From Octopus bimaculoides (Eukaryota): a stretch of DNA of 36,470 nt. The stretch's first letter is position 1; the number at the start of each line of letters is the position of its first letter. The translations under genes and the position numbers were made by a program. Positions 1 through 13,710 of the stretch are shown piece by piece. Location of the stretch: positions 4,177,584 through 4,214,053 of the forward strand of contig NC_069006.1 in the NCBI RefSeq assembly GCF_001194135.2. Direction: 5' to 3'. The notes below the pieces were generated by a model. That model was not told where the DNA came from and did not search any database. It saw nothing but the letters and a program-made list of their open reading frames with translations.

Positions 1-1650
1 AGGTTGAAATCGACAGAAAGAAAAGTAAGTATAACAAACTGACAGGCATCGTTAAACTGAAAAGAAATCAAATCCTTGATCGGCAAATAGCTTAGATAAG
101 TCAAGTTACTAACAAATATAATGGTGGTGGGGTGGGGGTGGTATGAGTAAAGATATTGGTTGGAGGAGGAGGTGGTGATTATGACGGAGGTGGTAGTGGT
201 GGTGTCAGTAGAGATATTCATTGAAGCAAGTAGTGGTGGCGATGGTGGTGGGGGATATCGTTTAACGGCGATGACGAGGGGGGGGTGTACTTTTTATGTT
301 TGTTTTCTTTTTTCTATCTCCCCCTCTTTTGACGCATGCGCTTCAATGCAACTACCTATCGTCTGCCTTTCAAACATGATAAAAAGGGAACAACAGACGA
401 TAACAGCAGAGACTCCATCTAAGAATATCAGAAGAAGGAATTGTAATTCAGAAACCAAATTACAACAGGTATATATAGTCCATTTTTTTTGTATTATAGT
501 GCATTGTTGTACCATTCTAAACTTTTTATTCTTTACAATAAGTTATATATATGTGTGTGTGCGTGATAAGTAGTTTGCTTACCAACCACATGGTCCCGGG
601 TTCAGTCCCACTGCGTGGCACCTTAGGTAAGTGTTTTTTTACTGTAGCCTCGGGCCGACCAAAGCTTTGTGAGTGGATTTGGTAGGCGGAAACTGAAGGA
701 AGCCCGTCGTATATATATATGTGTGTGTGTTTATCCCCCCACCATTGCTTGACAATCGATGCTGGTGTGTTTACGTCCCCGTAACTTATCAGTTCGGCAA
801 AAGAGACCGATAGGATAAGTACTAGGCTTACAAAGAATAAGTCCTGGGGTCGATTTGCTCGACTAAAGGCTGTGCTCCGGCAAGGCTGAAGTCAAATGAC
901 TGAAACAACTAAAAGATATATGTATATATATTCAAATAACCGTATAAAGTTTGTTAAAACTTTAATCAACATGCTACTACCACTTCGAGTTTAGGCATAC
1001 TTACACAAATGTGCCCCACGCAATTAGGCATACTTACACAAATGTGCCCCAAGCAATTTTGTTCCTTCATCAATTTCAGAAAGAAAAAAAACCCCAGAAA
1101 AACTATTGTTTTAATGAAATATAATTATTTATAATCTACACCATCTGAAAGGTATTTGTAGAACATTTCGTTGAAAAAAAAAAATCTATTTTTATGAAAG
1201 TTATGAGGAAATAAAGTCGGTGTGTGTGTAGGGGTGGGGCGGACGTGTAGCTATGCTAATGGCATTTCGTTTGTTTTTCCCTCTCCCCCTCTTTGTAATA
1301 ATTACAGTCTGTCACAGCAGCCACCTTGTCCTCAGTAAAACCTTATTCTTTTACTTGTTTCAGTCAATTGACTGCGGCCATGCTGGAGCACCGCTTTTAG
1401 TCGAGCAAATCGACCCCAGGACTTATTCTTTGGAAGCCTAGTACTTATTCTATCGGTCTCTTTTGCCGAACCGCTAAGTTACGGGGCCCGTAAACACACC
1501 AGCATCGGTTGTCAAGCGATGTTGGTGGGACAAACACAGACACACAAGCACACACACATATATACATATATACGACGGGCTTCTTCCAGTTTCCGTCTAC
1601 CAAATCCACTCACAAGGCTTTGGTTGGCCCCAGGCTATAGTAGAAGACAC

Positions 1651-2404
1651 NNNNNNNNNNNNNNNNNNNNNNNNNNNNNNNNNNNNNNNNNNNNNNNNNN
1701 NNNNNNNNNNNNNNNNNNNNNNNNNNNNNNNNNNNNNNNNNNNNNNNNNNNNNNNNNNNNNNNNNNNNNNNNNNNNNNNNNNNNNNNNNNNNNNNNNNNN
1801 NNNNNNNNNNNNNNNNNNNNNNNNNNNNNNNNNNNNNNNNNNNNNNNNNNNNNNNNNNNNNNNNNNNNNNNNNNNNNNNNNNNNNNNNNNNNNNNNNNNN
1901 NNNNNNNNNNNNNNNNNNNNNNNNNNNNNNNNNNNNNNNNNNNNNNNNNNNNNNNNNNNNNNNNNNNNNNNNNNNNNNNNNNNNNNNNNNNNNNNNNNNN
2001 NNNNNNNNNNNNNNNNNNNNNNNNNNNNNNNNNNNNNNNNNNNNNNNNNNNNNNNNNNNNNNNNNNNNNNNNNNNNNNNNNNNNNNNNNNNNNNNNNNNN
2101 NNNNNNNNNNNNNNNNNNNNNNNNNNNNNNNNNNNNNNNNNNNNNNNNNNNNNNNNNNNNNNNNNNNNNNNNNNNNNNNNNNNNNNNNNNNNNNNNNNNN
2201 NNNNNNNNNNNNNNNNNNNNNNNNNNNNNNNNNNNNNNNNNNNNNNNNNNNNNNNNNNNNNNNNNNNNNNNNNNNNNNNNNNNNNNNNNNNNNNNNNNNN
2301 NNNNNNNNNNNNNNNNNNNNNNNNNNNNNNNNNNNNNNNNNNNNNNNNNNNNNNNNNNNNNNNNNNNNNNNNNNNNNNNNNNNNNNNNNNNNNNNNNNNN
2401 NNNN
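1651..2404. other. Assembly gap (N). Other gaps: 13497-13675, 21506-22459, 24033-24612
   Basis: Runs of n; all fall in or next to repeats. Confidence 0.99.
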
Positions 2405-4125
2405 CCTTTGGTCATGAATGGCCATGGGATCATACCTAGAAAGTTACACTCTAATGCACAAGTCCAGGCAAGATTTGTTTAATAAAAATCCCTCCTCCTA
2501 ATGATTTTGCTTTCGTTTCGTGACAGCTATCATGCAGAAAATGCCAGCTTCTAAACCCTGTTTTCTGATTAGGAAAAATTGATTAAACTTTAAACCTCAG
2601 TAAGAATTTTCTGCAATTTTTCTGGAACAAATAAATAACAAAATCGGATCTAACGTGGAAAATTATTTCAATATACCAAATTTGGAGATTTTGATGTAAT
2701 TTTAAAATCTCACAATATGTGACAGCAACAGGGAAGACCCTACGAAAGTAGAGAGACAGATAGTTATAGGACGACACACACACACATTTACAAACGTACA
2801 CAGAGGTAATCACGAGTTCAAAATGGTGTATAGTAGATGTGTGTGGGGGTGTTTCTTTGCGATGGACAGTAGAAAAGTCCCCTACCCCCTTTTTCCTTAA
2901 GGCTACGTATTCCTCATACCCACCTTTCTTCCCCTTCATTGGTGTTTTAAAAGTTACTTATGTGCATGTGTGTATTTATGAAAGTGCATGTATATAACCA
3001 CTACACCATATGCCAGTGGGCACCAAATGTAAATAATGTACATAATCCCTCATCGCTTAAATATAGAACTGTATTATAGATTTTTATTGAAATCCAATTA
3101 GCCTATTATTCAACTGGATGTCAGTTTAACATGAATGCAAAGTTTTGTGAAGGTTGGTTTGCTGGTTTATGCATCAAGATGGTAACAGCAGAAATTGCCA
3201 TTTATATGTAAGATATATGTGTGTATGTACATGATAATGATGATGGCTGTCCACTTGTGACCGAGGAAGAACATCAGACCAATGTCCATGCAAAATGCCA
3301 GCAATATCCATGCATGATGTTACTGTACCAACAGTCAACTTCACCCAGGTTTACATCCACAGCTTCCATGCTTGCAACAGTGCCCTCCTATAGAACCAGG
3401 CATCAGTCACCTAGCCAGCGAGTGCACAGCCAAGTTTTAGGTCCAGTAAGGCTTGCACAGCACCTCACTGACCCTCTCCACCTTACTGATATGATATCCA
3501 GTGCCAATATGAGTTGGAGGCTCAGAAATGTAGAAAAGCCATAGTCTCAAGTACAAGCAAAATATCCCCAAACTGCTTAATGCCATTCTCTGCATATCTG
3601 GTTTTATATCAGTGACCATCTCCTAGAGACATGCTTTATATTATCATTGTCATCATGTCCTTTCTATTCTGAGACAGGTTGGACAATTCAACAAAACCGA
3701 ACAAATCAGAGGACCCTGAATGACCTTTTTAATGTCAACCCTTTCACAATGTACTAGGTACTTGTTTTCATGGCAGCAATACTAGTTAGGTCACCATGAA
3801 ACTTGCAATACGAAAGATCCCTTGTGACTGGGGGGGGGAGGTATAATAGAGAAGGGGTGTGGATTTATGCGAGGGGTTGAGAGATAAAAAGTATAATAGA
3901 AGGGACAAGAACAGGGGGAGGAGTTGGAGAGGAGATACATGGCCACCCCAACATTATATGAGAGCAGGTGGGAGTAAATGAATGTAAACAGGAAACAGAC
4001 GAGACATTAATTACCTAATGAGCAAAAACTGATATACAACACTTCTGTGTAGTAAATCATATCATTTACGAATAGAATTTAACTCATGAAAAAAAGAAAC
4101 AATAAAAATATAACACTTGACAATT

Positions 4126-4131
4126 TTTATT
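4126..4131 (-). terminator. Probable FARSB polyadenylation signal AATAAA
   Basis: AATAAA about 180 nt after the stop on the minus strand, followed by a GT/T-rich tract. Confidence 0.55.
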
Positions 4132-4311
4132 ACTGCTCTTTTTGAGTGCGTATATATACACATACATAGATTTTCATGATCAATGCATTTAATTAATCAA
4201 TTACAATATCACATAAATTAGATTGTAGTGGCGTTTGTGATTGTCGGTCAAAGACCAAGCTGATGGTGTAATCCATACAAATGGGTTTCAAGTTGTGCAA
4301 AAAAAGCCCTT

Positions 4312-4460
4312 TTATAGTTTCTCAATATTGATCTCTAAAGCAGAGCATGGCATGTTGAGTTCAAACTTTGTGATCACATCTGGGTGTAATACTCCAAACT
4401 TGCCAACACTTTGGTTTCCAACGATGATCTCTGCACAACGACCGGGGAAAAAAGTTGGAT
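4312..4460 (-). CDS. FARSB: FARSB last coding exon (149 nt): [11 protein letters not shown]...LEINIEKL*
   Basis: ttgcag| acceptor; TAA stop at 4314-4312. Confidence 0.96.
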
Positions 4461-7400
4461 CTGCAACAATAAAAATTAAAGGTAAGTAATCAAGATGATA
4501 AGGGCCGAGTTCTTGGTGTTTTTGTTATGGCATTTCTTCCTGAAAACACAGACACGCAAAATCCTAGGGATTAATGAAATTAGACGGGGGGGGGGGGAAC
4601 AGCACATGAATTGAATGAAGGAAGCTTATCTTTTTTCATCTTTTTACTAGTTTTAGTCACTGGACTGTGGCCATACTGGGATGGAGGTGGGGACTGCTTT
4701 AATGTGTTTCATTGGTTCACAACAGGGGTTCATATAAGATTTTGCTGTTAAAATTCATGTGCAATAAATTAGTCAAACTTCTAAATGTTTTTTAGTACAA
4801 TCCCTAATAATAACTAAGTATAAAAGGATTTTTGATGCATCCACCTGTGTAAAATAGGAATCAAAGGAGTCCATCATCATCATTTGATGTCCATTTTCCA
4901 TCCTGATATGGGTTGGGTGGTTTCATAGGAGCTGGAGAGCTGTCCAGGCTCCAATTGTCTATTCTGGTGTGGTTGTTAGGGCTGGATGTCGTTCCTAATG
5001 CCAACCATTTTGCAGACTGTGCTGGGTGCGTTTTACATGGTGCCATGTATGTGGTGCTGGTACAAGTGCTTTGTATGCGGCACTGGCACGAGTGCCTACT
5101 ATGTGATGCTGGCACAAGTGCTATGTATGTGGTGCTAGTGTACAAGTGCTTTGTATGTGGCACCGGCATGAATGTTTTGTACGTAGAATCACTGCATTAG
5201 ATGAATACTTAAAATAGATCTAGAGCTGTAAAAATCAGATTATAGGAATTGATACGTTAGCTGTTCCAATAATAATTATTATAAGAATGTTTTCTGATGC
5301 TCTACCAATTCTGCCAGTTTATTTCTCCAATAATAATAATAATGGTTCCTAACTTAAGCACAAGACCAGCAATTTTAGAGGGAGGGTGTTAGTCAACCCC
5401 CAGTGCTTGACTGGTGCTTTATTTTATCACCTCCAGAAGGGAGAAAAATAAAGCCAGGATTTGAACTCTGATCAACAGAATCATATGTAAATAATGGTTT
5501 CAAATTTTGGGAAAATGCCAGCAATTTTGGGGAGGGGTGTTCAATTGGTGCTTATTTTACTGACCCCAAAAGGACAAAAGGCAAAGTCGACCTTGGTAGC
5601 ATCTGAACTCAGAATGTAAAGACAGACAAAATGCCGTTAAGAATTTTGCACAGCATGCTAACAATTCTGTGAGCTCACTGCCTTAATCATAACTAAATGA
5701 TGCAAGACATTTTGCCCAATGCTCCACCAATTCTATCCGTAACAAGTAACCAATTGAAAGCGAGGTCGACCAAAGAAAATGTGGAGGAGGAGATTGGGAG
5801 GGTTGGCCTGAAGAAGGAGGACGCCCAAAACCAGGTGAGATAGTGTGAGAGCAGTTGGTGTGAGTATGAGGTAGATCCGGCCAAACCTGGATTTAAAATA
5901 TTGGACAATGATAATAGAAGTGCAAAAGGGCAGTGAATGCTTGGAGGGATTTTAAAATTAAAAAACCCCACATACCTTCGAGTGGTTTGATGTAATAGTT
6001 TGCACCACTGTCTGATGCATACTTTACATCCAGCAGTTGCATAATGCGGTCCATCAAGCCATGTAAGACCTCGAAACCAGAATTCTTGTTGTAGTAGACA
6101 GCGCACAAATGACGTTCATTCCTTGCTCCATTGTCTTCAAGAAAGAAGCAAAGTGAAAAGAACAAAAAATATATAAACGCAAATGAGGAGGTGCCAAGCA
6201 GTTCCTCGCTTTGGGTAAAAGAAAAATACAGGAGGATCAGTTAATTATGATATTATTCAACATATTCCCCTCTCAGATTCACATACTTATTGAAGTGGTC
6301 CTCCACAATACCCTTAAAGCCAAGAACTTTTCAGCACCTACTCCTCATACTAAAAAATTGCTGCACTTGTAAGCCTTACAGTAATTAAGTTTGAAACTTG
6401 GAAGTCTCAATCAGCTGCAATTGCTGTTAACCCTTTTGAAGCGAACCCATTTAATCCTAATGATACCAGTCTGCTTGAGATCACCTGATTCTATGATACA
6501 AACTTCCAGTTACAAAGTGATTGAAATTAAAAACCTTCCATCAAAATGCTATGTTAATTTATGCTCCAATAATGATAAAGCTATTTTACTAAAATCATTA
6601 TCATTGTCATCATAATCATTGTTTAACGTCCATTTTCTACGCTGGCATGAGTTGGATGGTTTGACAGGAGCTGGCCAGGTACAGAGCAATTTGGGTCCCA
6701 TTTGTCTGTTTGGCATGACTTCTACAGCTGGATGCCCTTCCTAATGCCAACCACTTTACAGAGTGTACTGGGTGCTCTGAAGGTGGAACAGGCCTGGGCA
6801 ATTTTTACGTGACACCACAAGACTAGGATATCCCAGCTGAGAGAAGGGTGTAGAGGACGTATCTCTATGCATGGATGGCTGTGATTTTACTTGGCTTGAT
6901 ATTGAAAAGTAACAGAAACAATGGCAATGTATTTCGACGGAAATATGACAACAAAAACAGTAAAACCTTCCTCTTGATTCCAAAGATGTGATAACACTTA
7001 CTCCTCCTGCTAACTTGCTGTCAGTGAATTAACAATAACTAATGTGACAGGCATTGCCACAAGGGTTTGGAGAAGACACGAAAAGCAGCTTGGTTGGTTG
7101 GTTGGTTAGCACTTTAATACCACAGCCATTGTGCATGTTTGAAACGAAAACAACAACAGCCACAGCCACCCGAACCACCAGCGCCATTCAGCTGGTACTT
7201 ATATTCACAGCTGAGTACACTAAACCAACAAAAGGAGTAAAATGAAGTCCCTTATGCAAAGACACAATGCGTAATCCAGCCCAAGACTTGAACCCACGAC
7301 CTTCTAACACCCTGATTACTCAACTATGTGCTTTCACCACTACCACGACGACGACCACCACCACCACCACCACAACCAGTACTGCCACTGCTATTTCAGC

Positions 7401-9169
7401 TTTGATAAACAAGACAATCATCAATATTTAACTAAGCTTTGCAACTCACCTCTGCTAGGATCCTGTAAAACAACATCGGAGATCTCAAACAGTTTTAATG
7501 GAAGAGGCATGTTCTTGTTGTTGGACAAGGTTTTCAACAAGCCAGGTAGGAGCATTGTACGAGCAACCTTCAAGAGAAAACATGTAAATTTAGGTTGTTA
7601 TTTCAAGACAGACAGTGGTTCGTGATGTCAATATGATGAAATATGAATGACCATAGAAAATTTATTTATAAATCCAACATTTTATCATTTACTTGTTTCA
7701 GTCATTGGACAGCAGCCATGGTGGGGCATTGCCCTGAAGGCTTCAGTCAAAGAAACAGTTCTATCAGTCTCTTTGGCTGGACTACTAAGTTGCAGGAATG
7801 TTAATAAACCAACACTGGTTGTCAAGCTCTGATGAGGTACAAACACAACACAAAGACATACACCCTATTTATCTTTTGCTTGTTTCGGTTATTAGACTGG
7901 CCATGCTGGGGCACTGCCTTGAGGCATTTTAGTCGACCAAATCCATCTCAGTACTTATTATTTTTTGTAAAGTCTGGTACTTATTCTATCAATCACTTTT
8001 GCTGAACCACTAAGTTACAGGGATGTAAACAAACACCGGTTGCAAAGCAGTGGTGGGCACACAGAGACACAAAGACACTCACACTCATAGATATACATAT
8101 ATATGACAGGCTGCTTTCATTTTCTGCCTACTAAATCTACTCACAAGACTTTGGTCAGCCAAGGATTATAGTGGAAGACACTTGTCCAAGGTGCCACACA
8201 ATAAGACTGAACCAGAGACCACATGGTTGGGAAGCAAGCTTCTTAACTACATAGCCACACACACACACACACACACACACCTACAAAATATTTACAATAT
8301 TTCTTTATGTCCATTTTCCCATGCTGGCATGGGTTACAGGAATATGTTTACGGGGCATTGTTCTGCAGCTGGATACCCTTTCTGTTGCCACCTTCACCTG
8401 TTTCCATCCAAGGTGATATTTCCCCTCGGTTGGACATATTTTCAAGGAAGACTGAAGACAAATGACACTGCTTGCATGACAATATCACACACACATACAC
8501 ACACACATTGGGATTCTTTCAGTTTCTGTCTACCAAAGAAGTTTCTATAAAACTAGATTTTAAACATTGAATAGCTATGGGGATCCACCAGAATAAAATA
8601 ACGATTAAAAGGGGTCCATGGATAAAAATGGTTGAGAAACCCTGTTATAGACTTACCTGGAATTCTGCTGTTTTAGGGTTGGAAATGTGTACAGGTTTTA
8701 TGTCATTGATATCAAGTCTCAGTTTATCAGCAATGTCCTCTCTTGAACACTACACCAAAATATAAGAAAAAGCATTATGAAACAATAATTAATATCCGTA
8801 TCACGTCCTCACTTTGTTGTTTTTTTTGTTATTGTTTTTTGTGTTTTTTGAACTTATATATATATACATACATATATATTGGGTTGGTGCATAATTATTG
8901 TGGCTTTTTTTCAACAAAAACAATAACAACATATAACAAAAACATCCTTAAATAATTATTCCGCAGCATATTCACCATCTACTTCAATTACTGTTTCCCA
9001 TTTGCTTGGCTGACGGTCAGACATTCATTTAAAGAAGTTTTTGTTAAATATTATTATTGCTTTTGTTGGATAAAATTTGTTGAAAAAAAGCTGCAATAAT
9101 TATGCACCCACCCAATATACATATAGTGTATGTATATAAATATATATATGTATACATATTTATAGTGTA

Positions 9170-9234
<65 letters not shown>

Positions 9235-11773
9235 TGAAGAGGTTGCAAGAGGCTACGAAAATTTTAGAAAAAATAAATAAGCAAATAAATGGAAATCGAA
9301 CCGGTGAATATATACACATATAATACAAACTTATATAAGTGATGTATTTGCACATACATGCAGACGCTTTGCACTGAGTTCCTAATGGACCAAATTTGCA
9401 AGTTGTTCTCAATTCCATTTTCGGTTTTGTATGAAGGAAAGGCATGAATGCTACAATTTCATCAGACTTGTGTACTCATGTAAGCATGCACAGCATTAAA
9501 TACATTAAACAATAGAAAGTCAAGCTCACCAATGCAAAAGTCAGGACCTCAGAGAAACCAGCAGCTGCAATGTTGACCCTCAATAGATCACCTAATTGAT
9601 TCATAGGAACCTGAAAATAAAAGGTAGATCAATAGATAGTTGGGTTGGCAAGGAAGTAATTTTGGTTTTTTAGTGTGAAATAAAAGTCATTTATCTTTTA
9701 ATACAAAGAATGAACTTTAATCAATTATATCTTTTCCATTTTGTTTGATAGCCTTTTGCCATCTTTCTGGCAACTTCACGATTCTGTGCTCATAGAACTT
9801 CTGGACCTTATCAGCCAAAAACTGAAGCCAGTGCAATTTCAGGTCATCATAACAATGTCACTTGACTGGCTCCTGTGCCAGTGGCATGTGAAAAGCACCA
9901 TTCAAGTGTGGTCAATGCCAGTGCCACCTGACTGGCCCCCATGCTGGCAGCATGTAAAAAGCACCCACTACACTCTCAGAGTGGTTGGCATTAGGAAAGG
10001 CATCCAGCTGTAGAAACCTTGCCAGATCAGATTGGAGCCTGGTGCAGCCACCTAGCTTGCCAGTCCTCAGTCAAACCGTCCAACCCATGCCAGCATGGAA
10101 AGCAGATGTTGAATAATGATGATGATCCTAATTGAAAGTTTTACCATTCAAAGAATTTTGCAAACTTTGAAATAAATGGTAACCTGATGGTGCAAGGTCA
10201 GGGCTCTATGGTGGATGTGACAGTAATTTTTCACAAGTCAGCAAACATGCGTGTGGTCTAGTATTATCATGGTGGAACACGATTCCTTTATGATTTGCCA
10301 ACTCTGGCCATTTTTCTTTGATTGCTTCCTCCGGTTTCATTAGTTGTTGACAGTAAACATCTAAATTGATCGTTTGGTTCCCCTGGAAGCAGCTCAAAAT
10401 ACACAACATCTTTGTAATCTCACTAAATTGACAGCATGGCCTTTTTTTGATGCAATTCAGCTTTTGATGTGGTTTGTGCTGGTTCATTACACTTGGACCA
10501 TGATCGTTTTCGATTGATTTTATTGTAGACAATCCATTTTTCATCACCAGGTAAATTTCATTGCCTTTGAGATGAATATTGCAAATATTGATTCATTGTG
10601 TTAAGCAAATCTCTTTCAATTTATGTGGAACCCAAATATCGAGCTTCTTAACAAGTCCAAGAAATGTTAAGTGATTTTCAATCATTGTGTGTGATACATT
10701 TAACCTCAGATCCAATTATGGCTTTAATTCAGTTATCATCAACTCCAGTAGGTTGACAATCTTCAGAACAGAATTTTTTAAACCATTTCTGACATGTATG
10801 TCTAAAGGGTTAAAAAACGCACACACACATCCTATAAAACATGTGTCTGTCTGGAACACACATATATTAATTTGTACCCAGTTCAACCTCATTGGTGTGT
10901 TTCCCCAGAACATTATACACACGCACAGCTTAGAGAAGCAGAAGGTCAACTCTGAGGAATACTAGGCCAACAGAAAAAAAAAAAAAAACTATTATAAGAA
11001 AGACAAAGAATGAAAGATAATGCTTGCCTAGTCTTATAAAAATTAAAAATAGTAGATTTATTTGGTTATTATACTTACTTGTGTTGCTGTTGCGTAAGTT
11101 TGTGGAAAAGTGTATGTAATGTTATCATAGCCATATGCAATGGCAACATCCTCAATGATATCACAGGCGTGGATTATATCTGAGCAATGTTAAGGAACAA
11201 TGATGCATAGTGAAACTGCTACAATATATTGTCCTTTTCTGATTGGTTGGTATTATTCAACCAATCAGCTTTCATTATTTCCTGCTGAAACTCAAATACT
11301 GAAAGTATTCATTGTTAATCTTTAATCTGTTATGCTGTTGCAGGCATGGCTGTGTGGGTAAGAAGTTTGCTTCCCAACCTTGTACTTTTGGGTTCAGTCC
11401 TTCAATGTGGCACCTTGGGCAAGTATCATCTACTATAGCCTTGGGCTTACCAAAAGTCTTGCGAGTGGATTTAGTAGGCAGAAAATGAAACATGCTAGTT
11501 GTACGTACGTACGTGCATGTATGTATATATATATATATATATATAAACAATACAGTGTAGAAGATGTTTGTAAGCCATTTAAGAACACACAAAAACCGTT
11601 AGTTTCACTTCAACATTTAAATTTCATTTGTGTTAAAATGAAATTAAATGTTGAAGTGAAACTAACGGTTTTTGTGTGTTCTTAAATGGCTTACAAGCAT
11701 CTTTCATGCTGCAATTATTTTTGTTTCAGCACATGTTCTCAGATCAAGTCACTTGCTATGCAAGTACATCTCC

Positions 11774-11829
<56 letters not shown>

Positions 11830-13675
11830 TGCGCCCTCACCTCCAGTAACACCTAAACACTCACACACACCATTCTTACATTCATGCAAGTGCTTGCACA
11901 CCCCAGTTCAGCCAGGTCACCATTATTATTTCCCCTTCACTTAGCCTCTTTCTTCTAGTCATTTTATCATGTTAAACCATTAATCCCAGCACATTTTTTC
12001 TCCTCTCAATTCTTTCTGTCAAAGAGCTTAGGCTTGAAACGTCAAAGAATTTTCCATTCTTTCTGGGCCTCAAACTAATACACCTGCTTGTTGTTCCCTC
12101 ACCTGTCTTTGTCTTTTGTTTTCTGCACATTTCAATTACACACACACACACACACATGTATATGTGTGTGTGTTTGTTTCCATTTTATTAACTTCTACAA
12201 AAACTGACACATGCAGGTGAACCGACAACAAATTCTCTACTCACTTTGTGCCATCAAAGCTGCATAGAATAAGGGTTATCAATAGAAAGGGCATGGTGCT
12301 GTAAAAGAATACTTGAATAACATATTTGTCTGACCTATACAAACATGGGAAAATGGATGTGAAAAAGGAATGTAATACCATCATCATCGTCGTTTAACAT
12401 CCGCTTTCCATGCTAGCATGGGTTGGACGATTTGACTGAGGACTGGTGAACCAGATGGCTACACCAGGCTCCAATCTGATTTGGTAGTGTTTCTACAGCT
12501 GGATGCCCTTCCTAATGCCAACCACTCCGAGAGTGTAGTGGGTGCTTTTACGTGTCACCCGCACAAAGGCCAGTCAGGCGGTACTGGCAACGGCCACGCT
12601 CAAAATGGTGTCTTTTATGTGCCACCTGCACAAGAGCCAGTCCAGGGGCACTGGCAACGATCTTGCTTGAAAGTCCTTACACATGCCACGGGCCCAAGTG
12701 CCAGAAAGGCGACGCTGGGCACAGGTGCCATCACGATATACATAACATATGATGATTGTCTCATCTTGTCACAGATGATAGCTATCTCGCATTATGACAG
12801 TGAGAAGTCTGTACATCATTGGATTTAAGTGACAAAAGCATTTTTAGCTACTTTCTCGGTCACTATAGTAGACAAGTTCCAGTAACAAGCATTGCAAGAT
12901 AACTAGTACTATTTTGACTGCAAGTTTTACATCAGATTTTTTTTTTCTGAGAAGAGCTGCCTACCCCATGGCTTTGTCAAAAATAACAGGAGCCTTTTCC
13001 AACCATGGGAAATCTATTTAACATCTATATACATATATACATACACACAAAAAAAATAAATATTACAGTCTCTCTTGAAACTATTCTAGACTAATGATAA
13101 CTGACTCTTGATGCTAAAAAGATATCTGACACTAAAATCCATTCAAATTTAAAATGTTACATTTACAAGAGTAGAGAGAAAGTAGACTTAACAGCCATGT
13201 CACATCACCTGCATTATATCACACAGACTACACTTTATGCTTCTATAATATACACATATACTGTTTACTTTTTTACTTGTTTCAGTCATTTGACTGCGGC
13301 CATGCGGGAGCACCGCCTTTTAGTCGAGCAAATCAACCCCAGGACTTATTCTTTGGAAGCCTAGTACTTATTCTTTTGGTCTATTTTTGCCAAACCGCTA
13401 AGTTAGGGGCACGTAAGCACACCAGCATCGGTTGTCAAGCGATGTTGGGGGGGACAAACACAGACACAAACATACACACACACACACACACACACANNNN
13501 NNNNNNNNNNNNNNNNNNNNNNNNNNNNNNNNNNNNNNNNNNNNNNNNNNNNNNNNNNNNNNNNNNNNNNNNNNNNNNNNNNNNNNNNNNNNNNNNNNNN
13601 NNNNNNNNNNNNNNNNNNNNNNNNNNNNNNNNNNNNNNNNNNNNNNNNNNNNNNNNNNNNNNNNNNNNNNNNNNN

Positions 13676-13710
<35 letters not shown>

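Noticed and set aside
160-573. 137-aa ORF rich in V/G/E
   Set aside because: Low-complexity GGT repeats, a TTG start and no recognisable domain.
1519-2439. Long ORFs crossing N gaps (also 13277-14040, 21375-22617 minus strand, 23965-24780)
   Set aside because: They are open only because of N runs; their real ends are SINE or microsatellite sequence. Only the plus-strand RT frame at 21145 is genuine.
3221-3620. GC-richer block with 107-aa and 60-aa ORFs
   Set aside because: No recognisable motif or splice context; probably an old repeat remnant that I cannot assign.
8575-8645. hAT-like end (gttgagaaaccctg), with a similar one near 19140-19160
   Set aside because: No matching opposite TIR or 8-bp TSD could be identified.
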